NCBI GenBank assembly: GCA_963976765.1
Contig: CAXBME010000037.1
Span: forward strand, 1 to 64,000
Length of the DNA stretch: 64,000 nucleotides
DNA from: an uncultured Planctomycetaceae bacterium
GTDB lineage: Bacteria; Planctomycetota; Planctomycetia; Planctomycetales; Planctomycetaceae
Direction: 5' to 3'
A program made the translations under genes and the position numbers. Shown here piece by piece: positions 46,355 through 56,404 of this stretch (position 1 is its first letter; each line of letters opens with the position of its first letter). The notes beneath the pieces were generated by a model. The model saw only the letters and a program-made list of their open reading frames with translations. It did not search any database and had not been told where the DNA came from.

Positions 46355-47863
46355 TCACGACTGGCTGAGCATGTGACAGACGTGAAGCATGGTATTGGTT
46401 TCTGACGGAGCGTCGTCGAACGCGCCGTGTTTCCTGGCGTCAGACGACATTCCCGGGCCATTATCACTGACTGCCCAGACGAGTCGGTTCTGTCCCGGCT
46501 CGGCCAGGAAGCGTCGTACTCGTTGCACGTCAGGCATGTTGTAAATGCCTTCATTGCTGAAGTACCGCTGCATGCCGACCAGCGGCATGTCGGGAACTGA
46601 GTTTTCTGCCGAATCGCATTCCAGCAGCCCGGACACCAGATACAGCAGAGATCGAGGATAGACACCGGGGACTTCCCAGTAACCTGCTTCCTGGCTGTCA
46701 GTCAGGGCAAACATTCGGAAGTTGTCGATTAGTCCTGAGTGCTGACTGAGCATGAGGTCAAACAGCGAATGGTTCACCGCTGGAGCCAGCAGGATCAGGT
46801 TCTTCAGTTGGAAATCTGCCGGCAGTGGATGATTCGGATTCGCCCGGCAGGCAGCCAGATCATCGATCAGGCGACACGCGAAGACAGAACCAAGACTGTG
46901 CGCGACGATCGAGAATGGCGGACGGTTCCCGTCCGCCATTTGAGCAGCTAGTTCATCGACAAAGGTGCGACCTCCGCGCGCAGGTTCGCCGGGCAGAAAC
47001 GTGTCCGCGGTCTCGCCCTTCATTGCCTCCCAGACAGCCGTTCCGACACTCGCCAGATAGAAGGCCCGCAGCAGCTCCTCCACAACGGTCGTGTAGAGTC
47101 CGTGATCGCGTCCGGTTCGGAATCGACTGATGACCCGCTTCAGCACCAGGCCGACTCGGATGATTGTTTTCGCGGTACTCAACCATCCTTTGGCACCGCT
47201 TCGGTCGCCCTTCAACTCATCGACAACTTCCGGCGAAAGCAGCGTTCGTTCTGCGGCGCGAACAGTGCCACTGCCGCCTACTCCTTTCGAATCCCGGTCA
47301 TGTTCGGGAATGTACGCGCTCACAATGGCAGCGCAGGCCTTCTCGAAATCTTCGTCCAGTGCCAGTTCATGTTGGAACTGGTCAAGCTCAGCCTGTGATA
47401 TTTCTTCCGGAGTCCCCGTCGCACCGGCGAACGGTTCCTCATTTCGTTCCAGCTTCTTGAGTTCACGCCGTACGTCCGGGGCATACGGAAGGTCTGCCGG
47501 GCCAATCGATTTTGCGCCGACTCCGGCGGCGAGCTTACCGCGTGCCCATTTCAGCACCTTTCCGAGCACCGACTGATAAAACGACTCCCGGGCAATCTCC
47601 ACCAAATGTCCTTTGAGGATCTCCAGAATGCCGGTCCGATAAATGATGAAGGCCGGATGAGCCCCGCCGTGTTCCAGATAGACCGGAGTCAGCGCGTTGA
47701 CGGTTTCTTTCGCACTGGGCTCGGAAACAAGCCCGCCATGCAGGTGCAGCACGGCGTGGTCAGCATCAGTGATCGAAGCGACAATGCGCCGCACGTCTGC
47801 CGCTGAGCTCCGATCAAGAACACCGTCGTCCCCCGTGACAAACGCGTAGTCATTCCAGCTCAT
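46355..47863 (-). CDS. Alpha/beta-hydrolase fold protein with large insertion
   Basis: HLHGGLV, VAHSLGS, LLAPA, VYPRSLLYLVS, HGAFDD; paralogous to the C-terminal domain of 30587-32401. Confidence 0.8.
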   Translation of the reverse strand: MSWNDYAFVTGDDGVLDRSSAADVRRIVASITDADHAVLHLHGGLVSEPSAKETVNALTPVYLEHGGAHPAFIIYRTGILEILKGHLVEIARESFYQSVLGKVLKWARGKLAAGVGAKSIGPADLPYAPDVRRELKKLERNEEPFAGATGTPEEISQAELDQFQHELALDEDFEKACAAIVSAYIPEHDRDSKGVGGSGTVRAAERTLLSPEVVDELKGDRSGAKGWLSTAKTIIRVGLVLKRVISRFRTGRDHGLYTTVVEELLRAFYLASVGTAVWEAMKGETADTFLPGEPARGGRTFVDELAAQMADGNRPPFSIVAHSLGSVFACRLIDDLAACRANPNHPLPADFQLKNLILLAPAVNHSLFDLMLSQHSGLIDNFRMFALTDSQEAGYWEVPGVYPRSLLYLVSGLLECDSAENSVPDMPLVGMQRYFSNEGIYNMPDVQRVRRFLAEPGQNRLVWAVSDNGPGMSSDARKHGAFDDAPSETNTMLHVCHMLSQS

Positions 47864-47888
47864 GGCTTAGTCCTAATAACAGTATGTC

Positions 47889-49397
47889 TCATGGCTGACT
47901 GAGCAGATCAAAGACTCTCTCGGCGGTAACCGGAGGCAGCCCCAATGCATGTCCCAGGTGCTCGGGCCTCAATTCCAGGTCGTCTGAGCCCTCGCTCTCC
48001 GCCCATCGCCGCACGCCTTCCAGCCAGCGACTGGCACGTGCGATGACGGCCGCATCGATTCCGACTGGGGGCTCCCCACCACGAGCCGTGCCACCTCGGG
48101 CAGAATGGCCACGTGATCCTGTCAGATTCAGCTCAATCAAATCATCCACAGGCGACGCTGACGCAGCGGTCCACATCGTCCACGGACCGCAATTGATCAG
48201 CCGCCCGGCAACTTTCTCGGCCAGACTGCCCGGCCGGATCAGGCCGCGCTCGGCCCATTCCTGATCCACGATCGACCGGTAAGATGCCGCCAGCATGGGA
48301 GGTGTCTCTATGACGATGTCCGACCGGCCGGCATCGGCGCTGCGACGAGAGTACCCGATCGCCCGCAGGGCCTCGACGTCCGGATGCCCCGGCACAAGGC
48401 GTCTCAGATTGTTCACGACGGTCTCGAATGTGGACCAGTTGACTTGAGGGCGCAGTAGCAGAGCATGAGCACCAACGATTCCAAGCATTGGGTTGCTGAA
48501 TTTGTCCCGCAGCAGCACTTGCATGTCATCACGGCTGAGATCCACAACGGCCGTCGGTTCACCACGCTCGACGGCGGTCAATGCCGATTCCAGAGCCAGG
48601 TTGATCTGTATGGATTCATCGTTCCATCCGTGAAAACCCGTTGGCAACGGCGTCAGATGAACGCGGGTCGATTCGTGCAGGAGCCGCTTCGTCGCGGGGT
48701 CTCGATGGATAAAGATGCAGACCGTCCAAGGGGTCTCGTCTCCCATCGCTGTCGATCCGGGGGACGGAATGACGATCGGTTGTTCGATGAAGCGCGGCGT
48801 GCTCTCGCTCGGTGAGTCCGGCTGAGGCCAGCGCACGACAAACGTTCCCGGCTCAAGGTCTGCCGAGAACGCAATCCACCCTTTTGTCTCAAGGGGCTGT
48901 TGCTGGGAGTCCTCTCTGACCTGCCGAACGGCCTGAGCAACATCCAGAATGGTATCGCCGTTGAAGTCAGTCAGCGTAACTCCATCGACGTCTTCAGGTC
49001 TGACTGCTCGCCCTTTGACACCCCGAATATCACGAACCATCAGCAGCAGGCGTCCGAGACACGGATCGACTGATCGCCAGGGATTCTGACTGAGATACTG
49101 AGCGGCCTCTTCGTGCGTTTCGTTGAGCGTGCTTGTGCCGTGAGTCGGTGTCGGTGACGGAATCTCAAGCCGCAATTCGTCACGTTTGATGTTGATGTCG
49201 GCGTCGGCCACTCGAAGCAGCTTCTCGACCGACCGGGCTCCAATCTGCGTCTGCAGCACGTAGAGGCCGGCCGGTACGCTGGTCTTGATTCGGCCAATGC
49301 CTCTCTCAATCGGAGCCAGGGATTGATCGCGCAGGACAAGTTCGGCCGACGAGGGAAACGCTGTTGCCGTGATTTGTCGCAGTTCAGAGTTCGACAC
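47889..49397 (-). CDS. Hypothetical protein in caspase operon (beta-sandwich N-terminus, helical C-terminus)
   Basis: Overlaps the caspase stop by 14 nt; VPAGLY and LEPGTF motifs; KFSNPMLGIVGAHALL; RG-rich tail. Confidence 0.7.
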   Translation of the reverse strand: MSNSELRQITATAFPSSAELVLRDQSLAPIERGIGRIKTSVPAGLYVLQTQIGARSVEKLLRVADADINIKRDELRLEIPSPTPTHGTSTLNETHEEAAQYLSQNPWRSVDPCLGRLLLMVRDIRGVKGRAVRPEDVDGVTLTDFNGDTILDVAQAVRQVREDSQQQPLETKGWIAFSADLEPGTFVVRWPQPDSPSESTPRFIEQPIVIPSPGSTAMGDETPWTVCIFIHRDPATKRLLHESTRVHLTPLPTGFHGWNDESIQINLALESALTAVERGEPTAVVDLSRDDMQVLLRDKFSNPMLGIVGAHALLLRPQVNWSTFETVVNNLRRLVPGHPDVEALRAIGYSRRSADAGRSDIVIETPPMLAASYRSIVDQEWAERGLIRPGSLAEKVAGRLINCGPWTMWTAASASPVDDLIELNLTGSRGHSARGGTARGGEPPVGIDAAVIARASRWLEGVRRWAESEGSDDLELRPEHLGHALGLPPVTAERVFDLLSQP

Positions 49398-50451
49398 GCT
49401 GTCCCTCCTTTACGACCAGGAACTTTCCGCCGTCGCGTTTGAACGGGTCGCCTCCCTCCGAAGGGTCGACGCTCAGAGCCTGGTAAATTCCTTCCTCCAG
49501 CGTAATCGACTGTTCGCGGTCCGCATCACTGTTTACCTGGACGGTCTCGACGTCGCGATCTTTGACCAGTTCTACGCGTCCCTGATAGTCATCCGGAAAG
49601 ACCAGCGTGACTGTAAACCGGGCCAGCCGCACCTGATCGACCTGGCAGATGTCAAAATTCTCGGCAGACGGCATGGTCGGGCGTTGAGGTCGCATGCGAT
49701 AGGCCGTCGCATGCAGCACGCGGCGCTGCACGTAATCGGCCAGACGATGCGCCGTCACGCGCCGCGTAAACTTGTCAGCCGCCGCGCCTCGCAGTCCATC
49801 AATCAGCGCCCGGGTGAAGTACCCTCTCCGTTCGTCCGGCGAAACATCCTCACGACGTTCCTCGTGGGCATAGTCACCGAAATAAGTGGCACAGCCGAGC
49901 AGCCAGCGGACCTGACCGTTGTGCCCCTCACGTCGCGGCCATGGAAGCCACGAGTCGGGCGTACCCGGAATCCGTTCGCGGCAGCAGTCGGCAAAGAACA
50001 GCAGTTCCTGAAACGACTGAGCCTGCTGGAACCACTCTCGCACCTCCGCGCAGGGCAGGTTGTATCCGATGTTTTCCCTGTCCGAGTTCGCGAGGAGCAG
50101 TGCCGCGTCGTCAGCGTCTGGTGCGATTCCATGGCCGGAACAGAACAGGTACAGCCTCGTTCGGTTCCACGCATCCGGATCGCGACGAACGGCCTCCTCC
50201 ACCTGTTTTCGAAAATCGTTCAGGTGATGGAGCACCTCATCAAGCCGAGGCCGCGCACTGAGTGAGTTCCAGTCGTCAGGTAACGAATCGGGCCCACTCA
50301 TCAGCTTTGCGTTCGCATCCGGAACGTTGCCGCCCTGAGGATGACGTACCCAGTCGTGGAACTCTTCCGCATCCCGCACAGCGTGATGCAGGTCATCGAA
50401 CGCCGGGTAGTCGTTGATCCCGATCGAAACTGAGAAATGAAGATCACTCAT
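49384..50451 (-). CDS. Caspase-like C14 protease
   Basis: SIGINDY..AVRDA, FCSGHG (His), FADCCRE (Cys), GYFTRAL, QRP. Confidence 0.88.
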   Translation of the reverse strand: MSDLHFSVSIGINDYPAFDDLHHAVRDAEEFHDWVRHPQGGNVPDANAKLMSGPDSLPDDWNSLSARPRLDEVLHHLNDFRKQVEEAVRRDPDAWNRTRLYLFCSGHGIAPDADDAALLLANSDRENIGYNLPCAEVREWFQQAQSFQELLFFADCCRERIPGTPDSWLPWPRREGHNGQVRWLLGCATYFGDYAHEERREDVSPDERRGYFTRALIDGLRGAAADKFTRRVTAHRLADYVQRRVLHATAYRMRPQRPTMPSAENFDICQVDQVRLARFTVTLVFPDDYQGRVELVKDRDVETVQVNSDADREQSITLEEGIYQALSVDPSEGGDPFKRDGGKFLVVKEGQRVEL

Positions 50452-50573
50452 TGCCCGCTATCTACAACAAAGATTATCTGTCATACCCCATGATTCCGAC
50501 TCTTGACCAGGACACTATACATTTATCGTCACTCGAAATCGAATCCCAGCAGAAAACTCCAGTCGCGTGCGAT

Positions 50574-53366
50574 CTATCCACTTTTGACCCAAGACATCGC
50601 TGTCCATCCAGAGCAACGGAACGCTCCCCAGAAATGTGGATCGCTCACTTCGATTCCTGCAGATTCGAGTTGGTCACGCCAATTGGGAACAATCGAATCG
50701 AAGGGAGTCGGTACGGAGTCATCGTATCCGGTCCTGATCAGTCTGGTCGCCTCAGCCAGAGCATCGCGCACCGTCCTGCCATCACAAAGCTGATCATAGA
50801 ACGTCGTCACCAGAAGCAGAGTGACAAGGTCGTCGACTTCCCACATAGTCGACACGGTTGAACGGACTCCTGCAGACAGGAAGATACTGTCCAGCCCCAG
50901 AAAATCCTTGAAGTCTCGAAATGACTGAAAGAACCGACCGCTGAAACAGGTTGCCAGGAACACAAGTCCGACCCCTTCGAAGCTTCGGCTCTTCATCACG
51001 TCGATCGGACGAAGATCACTTTCGGCAAGGTGCAGGCTTGAGCGCATCGGATCGACAGGATCCCAACTGCCGTGAGCCGCGACGTGAATAATCGAGGCAC
51101 CTTTTGCAGCATCACAGAGTCCGGCAGCCGACGCAGTGCCATCGAGCAGTTTGCGAGCGTCCTCAAAGCATGTTGCCACTGTCTCAATTTCTATATTGGC
51201 GCATGCTGTTTCAAAACCGACTCCGACAAATCGATCAAGCGGAACTGGACCGCGTTTCTTCAATCGGGCCAGATGCGTCAATGACGGGCAATAAGAAATT
51301 GTCTGGAATTGATCGGCGAGTAGAACTCCGTTTGATGCTCGAAGGCAGTGCAGCGGCCACATTTCCAGAAGCCAGCAGGGACTGATGGTCAAATGTCGAA
51401 GCTGATTCCGGGAACCAAACTCTGCAAGTGCATCACCAATCGAGTGCGACAGTAAATCCAGTAACTGCTGCAGAGCCTGTATTCGGTCGTTTGGCACTTC
51501 TGCAGACAGCCAGTCGTTTGAAAGGTCAACTGCCGTATTGAGGTCGCAACCGGAGAGGACGATCCGCTCGTACGCAGGCTGCGGCTTTCCGTAGACCATG
51601 CCATGCAGTTCAAGCCGCTCAGCCCTGATATTGAAATGCACGAAGCCTTCTTCTGCTGGGCCGAGCGTCGCTGCGGACAATTCGGGACTCGGACGCGTGA
51701 AGACTGACTCGTATACCTCAGCGTCGCGTCCTCGAAGTCGCTGTTGCAACAGCCGTACGTTCATCCGAGTGTCGGTCTGGACGTTGACGATTTCTCGCGT
51801 CCGGACGTCATTTTCGTCCAATGACAGCCTTTCTTCCTCACACGCAAGCCAATGCTCCATCAGGTCAGAAAGCTGCTCCCAATCGGCGTTCATCTCCGTC
51901 TCGGGTGGAAGCTGCGATAAGTCGGGAATCCTGAGACGTAATTGTTCGTCTTTGCTCGACTCCGACATCGCGAACGCAATCCACGGTTCAGAGTGATCGT
52001 CACCCTGCAGAACTTCCCGAAAGGCTTTGGGATCAGGGCACATTTCCAGGATGCGCGACGATGCTGTTTCGACAACGGTCGAAAGGTCTTCACCGTGCAT
52101 TCTGACGAAAATGGACCTGATGAGATTCCACGACGCACCGCCGTCGTCCACTTCAAGCAGGTCAAGACGAAAACCTCTGCACTGGCTGATCAGCGCCAGC
52201 GTGTGCATGTTTCGCGCTGACTCCAGAAGAAAGTGGAAGGTGGAAACGACCGGGTCGGTCTCATCATCAAACACATGGACATGGATTATGAACTCTTCCG
52301 TCGACTGACTCAGACGCAGCCCTATCTTGTCGGGACGTGCCTGCAGTTCATTCGGCTCAAAGACGATCCAGAGGTACGGAATCGGTCCGAGTGATTCATG
52401 ACCGAATCGTCCACCCATCGAGAACACATTGTCAATCAGCCAGCCAGGAGGACGCACAATACCATCGACAATTTCGGTTGGCGGACCAATTTCCCCTTCC
52501 TTGTTGAGGTGCATTACCGGACCGGCCGCAAGACACTCCTGCAGGTGCTGAACCTCTCGCGTCACCGGAAGAAAACAGTGTGACTCTTCGGCGCTCAGTC
52601 CCCGCATCCATTGTCTGACTTCGCTCAGAAACAAATCGGCTCGCTCATCCAGAACAGCACAGACTCGCTGATTCTGCACTCCCTTCAGTTCCAGCATCTC
52701 CTGCACTGCAATGGCCACGTGAAAATCAACCACTACTCCTGTCAAATCCTGGTCGTCAATCTCACCGAGTGACTGTGAACTCACGCGAGCCCGGGCGAGT
52801 GGCATCACCATGTCGAGTGCATTCAAACTTTCTTCATCGTCCTGAGGCACATGGTCAACGAACCGGGGAGCGGGCGGCAAAGACAGCCGGGCCTGCGCTT
52901 TCTGCACCAGCGCACTCGCGGCTTTCGCGACATTCCACCGCTCATGGAGTTCCGACACCAACTCATCAGGAGTCGCGCCGTCGAGAAGTCTGAGTTCCAG
53001 ATAGTGTTGCAGAACCTCAAGGGCGCAACGTCTGATATCCCAGTAACGGGCAAGGCCGAGATTGCAGAGCAGAAAGTTCAGTCTTACCGGTCTGACCAGG
53101 TTCTCGCTCAATTCAGAACGAGGCACGCTCGGAAGTAGCCGCGCACAATGCTCAAGAATGCGGTCGTTCGTCCAGCAGTCAGCGTAGAGCTGGCAAAGAT
53201 GGAGGACGACGGCGGCGTCCTGAACCTGCTGAGTTACCGGCGAAACAAGAGAGCCGAGCAGTGATAAACACGCTTCCGGCAATTCACTGAGGACACCCAC
53301 CGATAACTGTCGAATTCTCTCCGACCGCCGTTCAAACCCTGACGGATCCTCGCAGGTAAAGGTCAT
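50574..53366 (-). CDS. CHAT protease with uncharacterised non-TPR N-terminal region
   Basis: SPCWLLEMWPLH, IHVAAHG (His), FLATCFSG (Cys), TMWEVDD, PHFWGAFRCSG. Confidence 0.85.
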   Translation of the reverse strand: MTFTCEDPSGFERRSERIRQLSVGVLSELPEACLSLLGSLVSPVTQQVQDAAVVLHLCQLYADCWTNDRILEHCARLLPSVPRSELSENLVRPVRLNFLLCNLGLARYWDIRRCALEVLQHYLELRLLDGATPDELVSELHERWNVAKAASALVQKAQARLSLPPAPRFVDHVPQDDEESLNALDMVMPLARARVSSQSLGEIDDQDLTGVVVDFHVAIAVQEMLELKGVQNQRVCAVLDERADLFLSEVRQWMRGLSAEESHCFLPVTREVQHLQECLAAGPVMHLNKEGEIGPPTEIVDGIVRPPGWLIDNVFSMGGRFGHESLGPIPYLWIVFEPNELQARPDKIGLRLSQSTEEFIIHVHVFDDETDPVVSTFHFLLESARNMHTLALISQCRGFRLDLLEVDDGGASWNLIRSIFVRMHGEDLSTVVETASSRILEMCPDPKAFREVLQGDDHSEPWIAFAMSESSKDEQLRLRIPDLSQLPPETEMNADWEQLSDLMEHWLACEEERLSLDENDVRTREIVNVQTDTRMNVRLLQQRLRGRDAEVYESVFTRPSPELSAATLGPAEEGFVHFNIRAERLELHGMVYGKPQPAYERIVLSGCDLNTAVDLSNDWLSAEVPNDRIQALQQLLDLLSHSIGDALAEFGSRNQLRHLTISPCWLLEMWPLHCLRASNGVLLADQFQTISYCPSLTHLARLKKRGPVPLDRFVGVGFETACANIEIETVATCFEDARKLLDGTASAAGLCDAAKGASIIHVAAHGSWDPVDPMRSSLHLAESDLRPIDVMKSRSFEGVGLVFLATCFSGRFFQSFRDFKDFLGLDSIFLSAGVRSTVSTMWEVDDLVTLLLVTTFYDQLCDGRTVRDALAEATRLIRTGYDDSVPTPFDSIVPNWRDQLESAGIEVSDPHFWGAFRCSGWTAMSWVKSG

Positions 53367-53723
53367 CCCAGCTCCGTACAGTTTCGCTTCAGGGAATGTG
53401 AATGGTGTACTGCTGCTGGATGGTACTCTTCCGTTTCAGTCAGTGCGATAATCGGCCACGCAGGGGGGGCACGATGTAACTGACGGAAGATTCAACCAAT
53501 GAGCGACATAGCGGAACGCAACAAGTAGCTGGGCTCCAGCCCCGCAGCCACTGGCGAAGTTGGGATTTTCGTTGAACAGCACGTTGCCGCTTACAGGGTT
53601 GCTCATCGGCGCGATTCCGCTTGTGTTTCGAGACTGCTCCGGACTGAACGTCAGCCTGCAGAATGAACACCCTGGCTGACAGGGATAACTTTTTCGTGCT
53701 GTGTTCGTCCGAGTCTCTGCAGC

Positions 53724-55193
53724 TCAGGCACTGACTTCATCAAGGTGCACCAGACGGTCAGGATTGGCCCATTCCAGTGTCCTCAGTGTCTCCAGAAGCT
53801 GCGCTGTCGTGTCGGGACCGATTCCTGGAGGAAACAGGTCACCCAGTTCCAGGGGACCGATGGCTCCCATGGCTGCGTGCAGCACGGTGGGGATCGCCGA
53901 GTTGAAGATTTTCTGCAGGAAGACGTCTGCCTCAAGCAGCGTTGGATCAACGGTTTCGTCCTCGATGAGCAATGGTGAGTGTGCTTCGATAAACGCAGTC
54001 ACCTTCGGGATGTGCTCTTCGCGTTCTTCAACCCAGATGTCTGCGTGTTCGGCCCGCAGCGCCATGGCCGCCCGATGCCTCTCAAACGTGGAAGCCGTCA
54101 ACTCCCCGGCAAGGCGGTGGAACTCTGACGGAGCGGGCCAGCCAAATCCTTCCGACAGCTCCGCCTGGAGATCGTCCGATTCTTCGTCCAGACTCGTGAT
54201 CAGACCAATTTGGGAAATGACCTGTGCACAGCGCAGGAATCTCCAGCCGGGATGAATGTCGCACCACCTCATACCGGCCGGCCTCAACCGCCCGTAGACA
54301 GCTCCGGCCGGGACATAGAGTGCCAGATCGCAGATCGACAGGAACGTTACTCGGGCCGCCTCGACTTCCTCGTCACTCATCTCCCCGTCAAATCCCATGC
54401 TCGCCAGTGTGTGCGACCAGAGCATGATGTATTCCATGCCCACCCCCGGCTCGGGAGCAACTCCCTCAATGCTTTGTGCAACACCTTCAAAGATGTCGAT
54501 CGCACCCACCTGAATTCGCTCCCCTGACTCAGCCAGGCCAATAGTCGGACAAACCGGGAGATCGGCGTCCTCTGGATCAACGACCAGGGGTTCGATCTTT
54601 TCTTTGCTCGGACGATCAGCAAACAATCGCTCGACTGTCATCTCCACGGTTTCCGATAGTAGCGTCTCTGCAACCGACAAAGCCTCAACGGCTGATTGGG
54701 CCGTCGCTATTCGCACGGAATTGCACCGCTGTCCTTCAAGCAGATTCTCCAGGTAACGGACCTGATACCACGGATGCACGATTCGTTCGGCAATCATCTG
54801 GAGGGCATCCGTGTTGAACTCGCCATCCTTCATCTGAAGCGTGTTGCGACGCAGACGCTGAGCCAGCAGGTACGCGGGATAAATCACTGGCCCTTCGGTG
54901 ACTTCCATGTAGTTCCTGCCCAGAAACTGGCGCCCCAGGGCGAGTTCGTCGAGCAGATGTCCGTATGGCGTTCCAGCGTGAAAGAAGAAGTGCTGCAGTT
55001 CATGCGCGAAGTGAGTCAACTGATCGAAGCGGCGTTCACTCAAATAGATGATGTCGCTTTCGTATTCGTAACAACTGTCTCCAGTTCTGCGGACATTTCG
55101 AACAGCAACGTCATCAAGAGGTATATCAAACACGCTTATGTTCCTGTCTTTAGTTTCGATAATTGAGTTGTAATCTGGTCGAGTCGAGTACAA
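53724..55193 (-). CDS. HExxH zincin-like putative metallopeptidase
   Basis: FAHELQHFFFH with a downstream FEGVAQ third-ligand-like Glu; long clean ORF. Confidence 0.6.
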   Translation of the reverse strand: MYSTRPDYNSIIETKDRNISVFDIPLDDVAVRNVRRTGDSCYEYESDIIYLSERRFDQLTHFAHELQHFFFHAGTPYGHLLDELALGRQFLGRNYMEVTEGPVIYPAYLLAQRLRRNTLQMKDGEFNTDALQMIAERIVHPWYQVRYLENLLEGQRCNSVRIATAQSAVEALSVAETLLSETVEMTVERLFADRPSKEKIEPLVVDPEDADLPVCPTIGLAESGERIQVGAIDIFEGVAQSIEGVAPEPGVGMEYIMLWSHTLASMGFDGEMSDEEVEAARVTFLSICDLALYVPAGAVYGRLRPAGMRWCDIHPGWRFLRCAQVISQIGLITSLDEESDDLQAELSEGFGWPAPSEFHRLAGELTASTFERHRAAMALRAEHADIWVEEREEHIPKVTAFIEAHSPLLIEDETVDPTLLEADVFLQKIFNSAIPTVLHAAMGAIGPLELGDLFPPGIGPDTTAQLLETLRTLEWANPDRLVHLDEVSA

Positions 55194-55252
55194 CAGCCAC
55201 GTAAAGCCAGCAGGCGGGATTGTGGCAACACTATTGAGAGTGCAGGGCGTGA

Positions 55253-56401
55253 ATGAGCAACGCAGACAATCACGTGATCGCGGAGATCTCCGCGAATCTC
55301 AGACGATATTGCCAGGAGACACTCTTCGCTCTGGTGACTCAAAAGCCCGGACTAGTTGCCGTGCGGCGGTCTCGTTCAAAGGAATTCAACGCACGGGTTG
55401 AAACAAACGACAGCGGAGCGACCTTCACGGTCTTCCTCAACGATGGCGTTGTCAGCCAGATTCGTCAGGCGATCAGTCTGCTGGCGTCAGACACTCCAGA
55501 GACAATTGACCACGTTCTGCGCGACACTGCGTTAGCTCTGACGGGCAACGCGGAGCGTGAGCCGATTTTTCGACAAATGATTCATGGATCGCTGTTGTTC
55601 GTGTTGCTGCACGAGGTTTCACACATCACTTGTGGACATTTCCAGAGAGTGATTGCTGCCGGGCGAAGTCCAGCCAGGAACGTTTGTGAGTTTCAATTCG
55701 ATGAAGTCACAGAGCCGCCTGCTGATACGGCCTCTTCTGGTTGCGATGCGTTGAATTCGAATCTGGTGCGACTCTCTGAACTGGAAGCGGATGCAATCGC
55801 GTTCGACCTGATGGATGTACTGTCGCTGGAGCTGATTGAAGCGAATTCCGAACTTCGGGAACTGATCGATCCAGACGACAGTGCTGAAACTCCGGAGCAA
55901 AGGCGAATCAACGCCAGCGAACTGATGTTCTATTCGGCCTGCGCCGGCATGGCGATGATTGAGGCCACTCGCGGAGTTTCCCATGACTACCCGTATCCAT
56001 TCAGTCGCCTGTTCAATATCGCGGACGTTTACGTGCAACGGCGATTCCAGGCCGCGATGCCGGATGTTGCTGATGAGACTGGTGTGCTGGAGATTCCACT
56101 GAACGACCAGCGCCGTACGATCCTTCAGGAGATCGCCATACCGACGATGTTCAACGCCATGGAGATTTGCGAAGCATGTTGCGAAAGTGCTGGCTGCATC
56201 CTGGCTGATCGATTCGGATGGAAGGACGATCCGGATTCCATTGCGATGAAGCTGACGACGGACTTCCTGGAGTTGTTGACCAATGTGGAATCACCAGAAT
56301 TCTTCACTCGGGAAGCCAGGCAGGTGCACGAGATGCGGCTTCTCCGCCAACCATTCGCAGCGATGATGAGCCCTTTCCGGATGCAGCTCAGCTACAGATG
56401 A
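55253..56401 (+). CDS. Lit/peptidase U49-like (M48-related) metallopeptidase
   Basis: FVLLHEVSHITCGH, ELEADAIA and YPYPFSRL motifs. Confidence 0.7.
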   Translation: MSNADNHVIAEISANLRRYCQETLFALVTQKPGLVAVRRSRSKEFNARVETNDSGATFTVFLNDGVVSQIRQAISLLASDTPETIDHVLRDTALALTGNAEREPIFRQMIHGSLLFVLLHEVSHITCGHFQRVIAAGRSPARNVCEFQFDEVTEPPADTASSGCDALNSNLVRLSELEADAIAFDLMDVLSLELIEANSELRELIDPDDSAETPEQRRINASELMFYSACAGMAMIEATRGVSHDYPYPFSRLFNIADVYVQRRFQAAMPDVADETGVLEIPLNDQRRTILQEIAIPTMFNAMEICEACCESAGCILADRFGWKDDPDSIAMKLTTDFLELLTNVESPEFFTREARQVHEMRLLRQPFAAMMSPFRMQLSYR

Positions 56402-56404
56402 TAG

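Noticed and set aside
47889..49397. Bacterial gasdermin as caspase substrate
   Set aside because: Too long, with no recognisable gasdermin features; left as hypothetical.
49369..50265. Long antisense ORFs (also 39577-40170, 44785-45588, 59231-60094)
   Set aside because: Shadows of well-supported genes on the opposite strand, with no motifs.
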